This document shows positions 28,117 through 36,249 of a DNA stretch of 64,000 nt, in pieces; position 1 is the stretch's first letter; each line of letters begins with the position of its first letter. The DNA is taken from positions 96,001-160,000 of the forward strand of contig CAVSTP010000004.1 of NCBI GenBank assembly GCA_963730935.1, read 5' to 3'. The position numbers and the translations under genes are program-made. The notes beneath the pieces are model-generated. The model was not told the origin of the DNA. It saw only the letters and a program-made list of their open reading frames with translations, and did not search any database. This DNA is from an uncultured Nitrospiraceae bacterium. Its GTDB lineage: Bacteria; Nitrospirota; Nitrospiria; Nitrospirales; Nitrospiraceae.

Positions 28117-28320
28117 ATGACACGGGCGAAGGGATCAAGGCGCAAGCGAGCGAAACCCGACCCGCCAGCGATGGCGCGCGAAGAGAAAGCCGTCATTGAC
28201 ACCGATCATCTGCTTGAGGAAGTGGGGGAGGCCAATGCACAGATCGCCGATCCCGCGCAGCGCCAACGGGTGGTCCCGAGCCGTCCCTGTGAAGAGTCAG
28301 GAACCCATCACCACGATTGA
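28117..28320 (+). CDS. Small hypothetical protein
   Basis: ATG with purine-rich RBS; no recognisable motif. Confidence 0.35.
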   Translation: MTRAKGSRRKRAKPDPPAMAREEKAVIDTDHLLEEVGEANAQIADPAQRQRVVPSRPCEESGTHHHD

Positions 28321-28358
28321 GTCAGTCCGACAAGTGGCAATTTCTTAATTTACGTCTC

Positions 28359-28403
28359 TTGTATGTGCTCGGCATTAACGCCGCGTTTCACGATCCTGCC
28401 GCC
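28359..28403 (+). pseudogene. Carbamoyltransferase (NodU/CmcH) N-terminal remnant
   Basis: (M/L)YVLGINAAFHDPAA matches the family N-terminal motif; similarity ends after 15 codons. Confidence 0.6.
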
Positions 28404-28442
28404 TGGGTCAGCATTCATGCCGGAGGAGAAGAGGAGGTGACT

Positions 28443-28928
28443 ATGTCTAAGGATCGAGAGCCGGAAAAGAAAGAGATCGATGCCAACGACGTGATCCGTG
28501 AATACGTGGAGTCCGCCGACACCAACGACGAAGTCAATCAAACGAATATGGAATGGTACGAGCAGGCGAACCAGGACACGATCATACCGCCGGACGCCGT
28601 GCTCGCCGGTGGCGACATGGATGCCGCTTGGGATCAAGCGGCATCGGGTGAAGAGACCGTCGGCGGGACCACCCCGACACCGGATCAGGATATTGTCGAT
28701 GAAATCGGCCGGGCGGTGGGCGTCGAATATGAGGACGCGGAACCCCTGCATACAACCGAGAAACTTGAACGGCGCGACGAGCAGCGATGGGAACTCCATC
28801 CTGCTTCCTCTGAAGACTTCACCGAGCGTAATCAAAATTATGACAAGCCGGCGGCACCAGGAGAGGCAGCTTCCCGCTCGAAGCGGACTCCTTCTACTGC
28901 CAAGCGGGGGAAACGCAAGGCCGCCTGA
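28443..28928 (+). CDS. DUF6335-like acidic protein
   Basis: GGDMDAAW...GEETVGGTTPTPDQDIVDEIGRAVG...RWELHPASSED; GGAGG RBS. Confidence 0.8.
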   Translation: MSKDREPEKKEIDANDVIREYVESADTNDEVNQTNMEWYEQANQDTIIPPDAVLAGGDMDAAWDQAASGEETVGGTTPTPDQDIVDEIGRAVGVEYEDAEPLHTTEKLERRDEQRWELHPASSEDFTERNQNYDKPAAPGEAASRSKRTPSTAKRGKRKAA

Positions 28929-29065
28929 TTTTCGTTCAAAAGCGGCTTCGGGTTGGTGGAAATCAACCGGGACTGGTGGAGACAAGCTGTCCTAGCACGG
29001 ACAGCTTGCCATGAAGCCGGCACAGGCCCTGATCCAACTTCGTATGTCGGCCACGCCTTCTGCGG

Positions 29066-29081
29066 AGGCATATCCCTTGCT
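29066..29081 (+). promoter_or_regulatory. sigma54-like promoter
   Basis: AGGCATATCCCTTGCT (GGCA-N8-GC), 33 bp upstream of ATG 29115. Confidence 0.6.
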
Positions 29082-29114
29082 GATTTATTCGCATACAGAT
29101 GGAAGGAGGACCCC

Positions 29115-29678
29115 ATGTCCCGTGTTTCCATGAGGATGATCACCGTCCTCAGCAGCCTGCTGGCCATCGCATGCTCTCCGGCGTTGTCCGCCGAGCCTCC
29201 GTCGGAAACTCAGCTCGAACGCTTGATGGAGACGGCGTCGCAGACCCCCGACCGCCCGGATCATGACTATGCCACGAACAGCTTAGAGGCGCTCCTGCGC
29301 CAAAGTCAGGAGCTGAAGCTTTCCAAGGAACAAACCGACAAGATCAAAACCATCAAGGATCAGTATGACCGGACCAGGCGCGATCGCGCGACAGCCTATA
29401 AACGCAGCGAGATGGACGCGCTGAAACTCATTCATGACAGCCACAGCTCGCTTTTCGCGATCGAACATGCCGTGCAGAAGGCGGATCAGGAACATAGCAG
29501 GCTTCGGATGGCGGGCATCAAGGCGTTGCGCGAAGCAAGGGACGTCTTACGGCCTGAACAATATAGTCAATGGCGACAGGACCATGCGGCACAACAGATG
29601 GCTCAGGGGCCTCGGCAGGAACGGGGTGAGCAGTATGACAGTGAATCGGGCGAGGCGGGGCGGATCGCACCACACTGA
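29115..29678 (+). CDS. Spy/CpxP-like periplasmic chaperone
   Basis: Signal peptide; ELKLSKEQ and VLRPEQ (LTxEQ-like) motifs; AAGGAGG RBS. Confidence 0.75.
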   Translation: MSRVSMRMITVLSSLLAIACSPALSAEPPSETQLERLMETASQTPDRPDHDYATNSLEALLRQSQELKLSKEQTDKIKTIKDQYDRTRRDRATAYKRSEMDALKLIHDSHSSLFAIEHAVQKADQEHSRLRMAGIKALREARDVLRPEQYSQWRQDHAAQQMAQGPRQERGEQYDSESGEAGRIAPH

Positions 29679-29717
29679 TGTCGGATACAACCCTCTCAAG
29701 GGCAGAAGGAGTCCATC

Positions 29718-30257
29718 ATGCCTCGATCAAAAATGTGGGTGGTCATAGCGGCCCTCGTCGGAATGCTTGCGCCGCCTATGATGCTGTTCGTCTGGGCGGA
29801 AGATGACACTGTGGTTCAAGAGGGAATGGTCGTGTTGATGGAATTTACCATTACGGTGCCCGAATCCCGGCTCGTCATCCCGAAAAATGTCAGCCAGTTC
29901 ACGCCCGGCCACAACGAACTCTTGCCCAATCTCGAGAAGGCCATCACAGGCATGAAAAAAGGCCAGGAAAAGCGGGTCGATCTCTCTTCTGAGGATGCGT
30001 TCGGACCGTATGACGAGTCAAAAAAAGGCATCATCAGCAGTGAACGGCTTCCACCGGGCACACAAGCAGGCACCATTTTCACGACGGAGGAGGGTGTGCC
30101 GTTCGTCGTGACTGAATTGGCCGGTCCCGTGGCCTCGATCGACTTCAATCATCCATTGGCCGGAAAGCATCTCGTAATCGACGTGAAAATCCTTGATGTG
30201 GAATCACCGACCCAGGAAGGCATGAATGCGGATGACCGACAGGACGTCACCATTTGA
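29718..30257 (+). CDS. FKBP-type PPIase, SlyD-like, with N-terminal signal peptide
   Basis: LEKAITGM, EDAFG, DFNHPLAGKHL. Confidence 0.88.
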   Translation: MPRSKMWVVIAALVGMLAPPMMLFVWAEDDTVVQEGMVVLMEFTITVPESRLVIPKNVSQFTPGHNELLPNLEKAITGMKKGQEKRVDLSSEDAFGPYDESKKGIISSERLPPGTQAGTIFTTEEGVPFVVTELAGPVASIDFNHPLAGKHLVIDVKILDVESPTQEGMNADDRQDVTI

Positions 30258-30269
30258 GGAGGAGTGGGT

Positions 30270-30902
30270 ATGCTGCCTGATCAAGCGTATAAGACCAAAT
30301 CCTTCAATCTGCATGGTCTCGAAGGTATCTCCGATAAGACGATCGATATGCATCTGTCGCTCTATGAGGGCTACGTCAAGGCAACGAACGCCCTCCAAGG
30401 GCGAATTGCCGACTTTCTAAGGGACGGACAGGTTGACCAGGAGGAGTTCCCGGCCTACTCAGAGCTCACCCGCCGTTTGGGGTTCGAGTTCAATGGAATG
30501 GTGTTGCACGAATATTACTTCGAAAATCTCACCCCGAAGGCATCAGTAAAGCCTGAGACCACGTCGGCGTTCCTCCGCCGGGTCGAGGCGTCGTTCGGCA
30601 CATACGACCGGTGGAAGACAGACTTCATCAGCGTGGGTAAAATCCGCGGAGTGGGATGGGCGATCTGCTTACAGGATCCGGCGACCGGACGTCTCAGCAA
30701 CCATTGGGTGACCCTACACGAGCACGGCAATGTCGCCGGGTTTCAGCCGGTCCTCGTGATGGATGTCTGGGAGCATGCGTTCCTACTCGACTATTCGCCC
30801 GCTGAGCGAGGGCAGTACATCAACGCCTTCTTTTCGAACATCAACTGGCGTGTCCTCGACCGTCGTGTAGGCTCTGACGCCCCTCATCTAAGGGCGGCCT
30901 AG
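30270..30902 (+). CDS. sod: Fe/Mn superoxide dismutase family
   Basis: HLSLYEGYV, NGMVLHEYYF, GVGW, DVWEHAF ligand motifs. Confidence 0.9.
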   Translation: MLPDQAYKTKSFNLHGLEGISDKTIDMHLSLYEGYVKATNALQGRIADFLRDGQVDQEEFPAYSELTRRLGFEFNGMVLHEYYFENLTPKASVKPETTSAFLRRVEASFGTYDRWKTDFISVGKIRGVGWAICLQDPATGRLSNHWVTLHEHGNVAGFQPVLVMDVWEHAFLLDYSPAERGQYINAFFSNINWRVLDRRVGSDAPHLRAA

Positions 30903-30928
30903 GCGACCAGCGTCCATCGCTCGCCTAG
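30899..30928. terminator. Hairpin between convergent sod and MFS genes
   Basis: CTAGGCGA/TCGCCTAG inverted repeat. Confidence 0.45.
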
Positions 30929-30971
30929 CGCGATTCCGCAATGACGAAGGCAGGATCACGATTGTGTCGGG

Positions 30972-32279
30972 TCAGGCCGCCAGTTTCTCGACGGCTTCGT
31001 CGTTGGGAACGGGGCGGAAGCGCCGGCAGGATAATGCGGCGATGCAGGCGGTGCAGAGGAGCACGAAACCGATCCCGAGCAAGCTCACGTGAGGCCCCAT
31101 CGTATCGGCGGCCCATCCAAACCCCGCCATGCCGGCCATTGCGGAAGCCATGGATCCCGTGCTGAAGGTGGTGAAGACGCGGCCAAGCAGTGGCGCAGGG
31201 GTAACCTCCTGCAACACTCCCCAGACGATCGGCATGAACAGGGCAGTACTGCCTCCGATGATGAGGATCAAGGCCCCAGCGACGAGCGGCGCCGTCAACA
31301 TGCTGAGTCCGCACATGGCCAAGCCGCCGACGGCCATCGAGCGGAAAATCAGCGTGAACCGTCCGTGCAAGTCTCCTTGAGTCAGCGATGCCAGCCAGGT
31401 TGACGTGGCAAGCATCCCTGCACCCAGCGCGGACCAGAGAGCGCCGACCTCCAGGGCTCCGGCGCTCAGATTCTGTTCGGCGAACACCGGCAGCATGAAC
31501 GCGAACGCGCTGGCGGCTAAGCTGTACAACGCGGCGGCAACCATCAGCACTAACACCGTTTGCTCCAGATAGACGAAGCGAATGCCGGCCATCAGTTCTT
31601 GGGTCCAGGTGGTGTGTGTGTTCTCGCGGCTATTGGTTTCCAACGGACGCATGCGCATGAAGATCAGGCAAAGGGCCGAGATGAAGAACGTCACCGCATC
31701 GACGTACAGGACGTTCTGCGATCCGATCAGCGCAATCCCGACGCCGCTGATTAACGGCCCAATGAGCAGGCCCGTATTGGTTGTCGTCTGCAAGAGGGCG
31801 TTCGCGGCGGTCAATTGATCGCGGCTCACGAGTTGTGGAACGGAAGCCGACAGCGCCGGTCCGAAGAAGGTGGACACAAGGGCCAGCAAAAAGACGGCGG
31901 CATAGAGGCGCTCGAGCGTCAGTTGGTCGAAGGCGTAAAGCAGTGGAATGAGCAACACGAGGACGCTCCGCGCAATGTCCACCCAGACCATGACGGTTTT
32001 CTTGTTGGCCCGATCCAGATAGACCCCGATCAATGGGCTTAAGACAAGCGGCGGAATCGTCTGCAACAGTCCGATCATCACCATCTTCATCGCGGATCCG
32101 GTCAGTTGGTAGACGAACCATAACAGGGCGACACGGTTCAGACTGTCGCCGATTTGGGACGTCATCTGACCCCAAAACAGCAAACTGAAATCCCGGGTCT
32201 TCAACAGTTGCCAACCAGTTATAGGGGAAGGACTCGTGTCCTTCTTCTTTTCCTGCCTGTCACGAGTCGAGGTGGTCAT
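30972..32279 (-). CDS. MFS transporter (MFS_3/DUF894-like)
   Basis: FWGQMTSQIGD, GVYLDRANKK motif A; about 12 TM segments. Confidence 0.92.
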   Translation of the reverse strand: MTTSTRDRQEKKKDTSPSPITGWQLLKTRDFSLLFWGQMTSQIGDSLNRVALLWFVYQLTGSAMKMVMIGLLQTIPPLVLSPLIGVYLDRANKKTVMVWVDIARSVLVLLIPLLYAFDQLTLERLYAAVFLLALVSTFFGPALSASVPQLVSRDQLTAANALLQTTTNTGLLIGPLISGVGIALIGSQNVLYVDAVTFFISALCLIFMRMRPLETNSRENTHTTWTQELMAGIRFVYLEQTVLVLMVAAALYSLAASAFAFMLPVFAEQNLSAGALEVGALWSALGAGMLATSTWLASLTQGDLHGRFTLIFRSMAVGGLAMCGLSMLTAPLVAGALILIIGGSTALFMPIVWGVLQEVTPAPLLGRVFTTFSTGSMASAMAGMAGFGWAADTMGPHVSLLGIGFVLLCTACIAALSCRRFRPVPNDEAVEKLAA

Positions 32280-32590
32280 GCTCTGGCCTCAATAGGAAAA
32301 TATAACGAAAATATAGAATAACACAAGGACACTACTCAGGAATGCACAGACCTTGCCAGGGAATTTGCTCGCTTCCTCTTATTACTTCACTGCTGGCCTG
32401 GATGCTGGGCGCGATCCAAACCAATGATCGATATTGCGCTTTTACGGAATGGAGAGGATATCCAAACATAACGCACAACCAGCTCAAATCAAGACTAGGG
32501 AGATCCCCCGTTCTGGAGCCCTGCATTTTCACTCACAAAGACCATACAGGCGTAGGATTCCATGACTCGGGCTTACCCTAGCACGACCCA

Positions 32591-33925
32591 TTAAGCCTGG
32601 TCTCGGGCCAACGGCGCCTCACGTTTGGGAGGCCTGTCGGAGACGTGATTGAGATATTGCCAAGCCGAGAGGCCCGTGCTGGCCATAACGACGCCGATGC
32701 TCACGACGGCAGCCGGCACACCGAATTCTCCTGTAATCCAACCGAACAGGGTAATGCCAGCCATGGCCGCCGCCATAGCACCAAGGGTATAGAACGCCAA
32801 GACCCGTCCGAGCATGTGCGGTGGAGCCACTTCTTGAAGCACGCCCCACGCCACCGGAGTCAGGACCCCCAGACCGGCACCGAGGAGCATCAGTAGGACG
32901 GCAGCCGACGCCGGCTGATTCGTCTTCACCAGGGCGAGGAGCACGAGGCCGCTCATGGTGCTGGCGAACGCAATCACCTTGATCCGCCGCTTGATGCTCC
33001 AAGCGCTGATGATCGTGAGCGCGACGGACACGCTGAGCAGTCCGACGCCGAGCATGGACCACAAATAGCCGACCTCCACAGGGCCAAGATCCAACAGTGT
33101 TCGGGCGAAGACAGGGAAGAGGGTGGTGAAGGCGCTCGTCGCAAAGGTATAGAGCGATGCGGTGATCGTCAAAAAAATGATGATGCGGCGACCTGTCATG
33201 ACATATCGCACACCGTCGACCATGTCGCGCCATGTCGAAGCGATAGGAGACTGAGACACGAGGCTCAAGATCGGCGGTGCAAAGCGAATGGGCACGAAAC
33301 AGGCCGCTGAAATCAGGTATGTCAACGCGTTGAGGCAGAGCACTTCCTGGGAGCTCAGGGCTGCGATGCCCAGCCCGCTTAACGCGGGACCGAAGATAAT
33401 GCCCAAGCTGGTCGTGATCTGCAGCAGCGCGTTGGCAGAGGTGTACTGCGACGGCGGAACCAACGACGGAACGGCTGCGGTCAGCGCGGGGCCGAACACC
33501 GCGGTCGCGACCGCGTGGAGCGTCACCAGAATATATAAAGAAGAAACGGTAAAGCTGTCGACGGACATCCAGCAGGGGATTAGGCCGATCACCACCGCCC
33601 GCACGAGATCAGACGTAATGAGTAGCGCCTTTTTGGGCAGACGGTCGACTGCCACGCCGATGAGAGGCGCAAGGACGATCGCGGGGGCGGTTTGCAGAAT
33701 CCCGATGATGCTGGTTTTCAGCGGCGAGCCGGTGACTGAATACACGAACCACAATAGCGCCAGCTTCGAGATCCCGTCACCGACCTGGGAGACGACCTGG
33801 CCCCACCAGACGTACGAGAAGCCGTCGCTGAGCAACCACCGTGGCTTGGCGTGCTGATGCCGGTGATGCTGGCGGGAATGCGTCGATAAGTCGCTGATGA
33901 CACGCGTGAGACGGATCCTCCACAA
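32591..33925 (-). CDS. MFS transporter, paralog of the previous gene; start uncertain
   Basis: WWGQVVSQVGD, GVAVDRLPKK; the best RBS precedes an out-of-frame GTG at 33903. Confidence 0.85.
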   Translation of the reverse strand: MWRIRLTRVISDLSTHSRQHHRHQHAKPRWLLSDGFSYVWWGQVVSQVGDGISKLALLWFVYSVTGSPLKTSIIGILQTAPAIVLAPLIGVAVDRLPKKALLITSDLVRAVVIGLIPCWMSVDSFTVSSLYILVTLHAVATAVFGPALTAAVPSLVPPSQYTSANALLQITTSLGIIFGPALSGLGIAALSSQEVLCLNALTYLISAACFVPIRFAPPILSLVSQSPIASTWRDMVDGVRYVMTGRRIIIFLTITASLYTFATSAFTTLFPVFARTLLDLGPVEVGYLWSMLGVGLLSVSVALTIISAWSIKRRIKVIAFASTMSGLVLLALVKTNQPASAAVLLMLLGAGLGVLTPVAWGVLQEVAPPHMLGRVLAFYTLGAMAAAMAGITLFGWITGEFGVPAAVVSIGVVMASTGLSAWQYLNHVSDRPPKREAPLARDQA

Positions 33926-34016
33926 ACAGTTGAGGCTCAGACCGGGTCACGCGGCGATGCGCGGGCTCTTCGCTCGACCCGACCTCAGCCTCAGCCTCGA
34001 CCTTGCCTCTGGTGGT

Positions 34017-34811
34017 TTATTCCTTGGCGATGAGCTGCACGCCGGCGGTGTCAACGGCGCGGACACCTGGAACCTGCCGAGCGGCCTCCGCCGCTTCAAG
34101 TGCGATGACCTGAAAGCGCGTTTTTCCGCTCAAGTACACGATACCGTTTTCGGATTTGACGTCGAACCCGACGGCCTTCAGCGTTTCGCTTCGCGACAGA
34201 CGGTCCCGCACGACGTGGGCAATGCTCTCGTCTTGCTTCTTGGCCAGCTTGTCCTTGAGCGCCGGCGTGACGGTCAATTTGCTGACCACGCTGTCGACAC
34301 CTTCGATCTTGCCCGCGATCTCGGCCACCTTGGACTTGTCCTCCTCGGTGGGGACCGATCCGCTGAGAATGGCCTTCCCTTTGTCCATCTCGACTTCAAT
34401 ATCAAGGGGAAACAATTGCGGATCGGCCATTAACGCCAATTTGATGGCGAGATTCACGGAGGTGACAGGCTTTCTGGCCGGCTCTTCCGGTTTGGATTCT
34501 TCCGCCTTTGGCTTCTCGTCCGCCGTTTTAGCCTTTTCTTCAGTCTTTGCTTTGTCGTCTTTCGCTTTCTCGTCCGCTGCTTTCGCCTTCTCTTCGGTCG
34601 GCGATTTGTCCGCTTCGGGCTTCCCGTTGCTGTCGGTCTTGGTGTCCGTCTCTTGTTTTTTCTTCGGTTCGTCCGTGTCCTGTTTTTTCTTCGGCTCGAC
34701 CGCGCGCGAGGGTTCCTTCGCTCGATCCCCGCTCGTTCCTTCCTCAGCCGCATAGCCAATGGCGCTCATGAGAGCGAACACCAGAAAACCACAGAGGGGC
34801 CATATAATCAT
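34017..34811 (-). CDS. BON-domain (OsmY-like) exported protein with K/E-rich linker
   Basis: Signal peptide; EEKAK repeats; two BON domains (ILSGSV...IEGVDSV; VYLSG...VPGVRAV). Confidence 0.85.
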   Translation of the reverse strand: MIIWPLCGFLVFALMSAIGYAAEEGTSGDRAKEPSRAVEPKKKQDTDEPKKKQETDTKTDSNGKPEADKSPTEEKAKAADEKAKDDKAKTEEKAKTADEKPKAEESKPEEPARKPVTSVNLAIKLALMADPQLFPLDIEVEMDKGKAILSGSVPTEEDKSKVAEIAGKIEGVDSVVSKLTVTPALKDKLAKKQDESIAHVVRDRLSRSETLKAVGFDVKSENGIVYLSGKTRFQVIALEAAEAARQVPGVRAVDTAGVQLIAKE

Positions 34812-35010
34812 CAGAAACCCGCCTTCGCCTGTCGCTTGTGCGCACCAGTGGTTGCATCTTCGCCGGTAGACTTGGTGAAACGTACTGGGGATTTCCCCAG
34901 GGGATGGTCGCCACGCTGCCGGCGTAGGCAAAGGAGTCACAGAGTTATCGGGTCGACAAGGGCAACACCTAGGTATCGTGCATTCCAAACCCTCCTAAAG
35001 TAAGGAACCA

Positions 35011-36249
35011 ATGAAGCCACAACGGGTTCTGGGAATCATCATGGCCGGAGGCAAGGGCGAACGTCTCATGCCGCTGACCGAAGTCCGCAGTAAACCTGCC
35101 GTACCCTTCGGAGGGAAATATCGCATCATCGATTTCGTGCTCAGCAACTTCGTGAATTCTGACATCACATCGTTGTACGTGCTCGTCCAATACCGATCGC
35201 AATCCTTGATCGAACACCTACGCAAGAGCTGGCAGATTGTTGGACGCTTGTCCCACAGTTTTGTGAGCGTCGTTCCGCCGCAGATGCGCACACGCGAGGG
35301 GTGGTACGAAGGGACGGCGGACGCGGTGTACCAGAACCTCAACCTCATTGATGATTGGCAACCCGACGTCATCGCCGTCTTCGGTGCCGATCATGTCTAT
35401 CGGATGGACATCCGCCAGATGCTCGAGGACCATCTCGAGCACGATGCGGACGCGACGGTGGCGGCGTTACCCGTCCCGGTCGAGGCTGCAAGCGGCTTCG
35501 GGATTCTGGAGGTCGACACACTTGGAAGGATGATCGGATTCGAGGAAAAGCCGTCCGCGCCCAAGCAGATGCCCGGCCGCCCTGGGTACGCGCTGTCCTC
35601 CATGGGCAATTACCTTTTCAAGACTGAGACGCTGGTGCCGCTCTTAAAGCGCGACGCCTCCCATCCCGGCACGCATGACTTCGGTCGCAATATCGTGCCA
35701 GAGCTGCTTGAGGAACAGCGAGTGTATGTCTACAACCTCGAGCACAACAACATCCCTGGCGTGCGCCAGTACGAAGAGAAGGGTTATTGGCGCGACGTGG
35801 GCACCCTCGAAGCCTATTGGCAGTCCAATATGGATCTGCTCGGCGAGAGTCCGCTCTTCGATTTGCGCAACCCGGCGTGGCCGATCTTCTCAAGCGAGTA
35901 TGATGGGCCCATGGCCATGCTGGTCAGGACGCGCGTCGACGAATCGATGATCGGGCATGGAACGCTGTGCGTCGACGCCGACATTCGCAAGTCGGTCATC
36001 GGCAGAGGCGTGCGCATCGAGCGCGGCGCGCAGTTAGAGGAGTGTGTCATCCTGGACAACGTGGAGATCGGAGCGCATGCGCGGCTACGCCGGGTGATCG
36101 CCGACCGGGGGAGCTCGGTTCCGGCGCACAGCCGTATTGGGTTTGACCCGGGACACGACAGCAGAAGATTTCATCTCTCCCCATCCGGTCTGGTCGTGCT
36201 GCCGCATCCCTCTTCTGTGAATGCCGACCTGTTGAGGCGCGCATCATGA
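35011..36249 (+). CDS. glgC: Glucose-1-phosphate adenylyltransferase
   Basis: AGGKGERLMPLT..RSKPAVPFGGKYRIIDF, GTADAVYQN, SMGNY, YWRDVGT. Confidence 0.97.
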   Translation: MKPQRVLGIIMAGGKGERLMPLTEVRSKPAVPFGGKYRIIDFVLSNFVNSDITSLYVLVQYRSQSLIEHLRKSWQIVGRLSHSFVSVVPPQMRTREGWYEGTADAVYQNLNLIDDWQPDVIAVFGADHVYRMDIRQMLEDHLEHDADATVAALPVPVEAASGFGILEVDTLGRMIGFEEKPSAPKQMPGRPGYALSSMGNYLFKTETLVPLLKRDASHPGTHDFGRNIVPELLEEQRVYVYNLEHNNIPGVRQYEEKGYWRDVGTLEAYWQSNMDLLGESPLFDLRNPAWPIFSSEYDGPMAMLVRTRVDESMIGHGTLCVDADIRKSVIGRGVRIERGAQLEECVILDNVEIGAHARLRRVIADRGSSVPAHSRIGFDPGHDSRRFHLSPSGLVVLPHPSSVNADLLRRAS

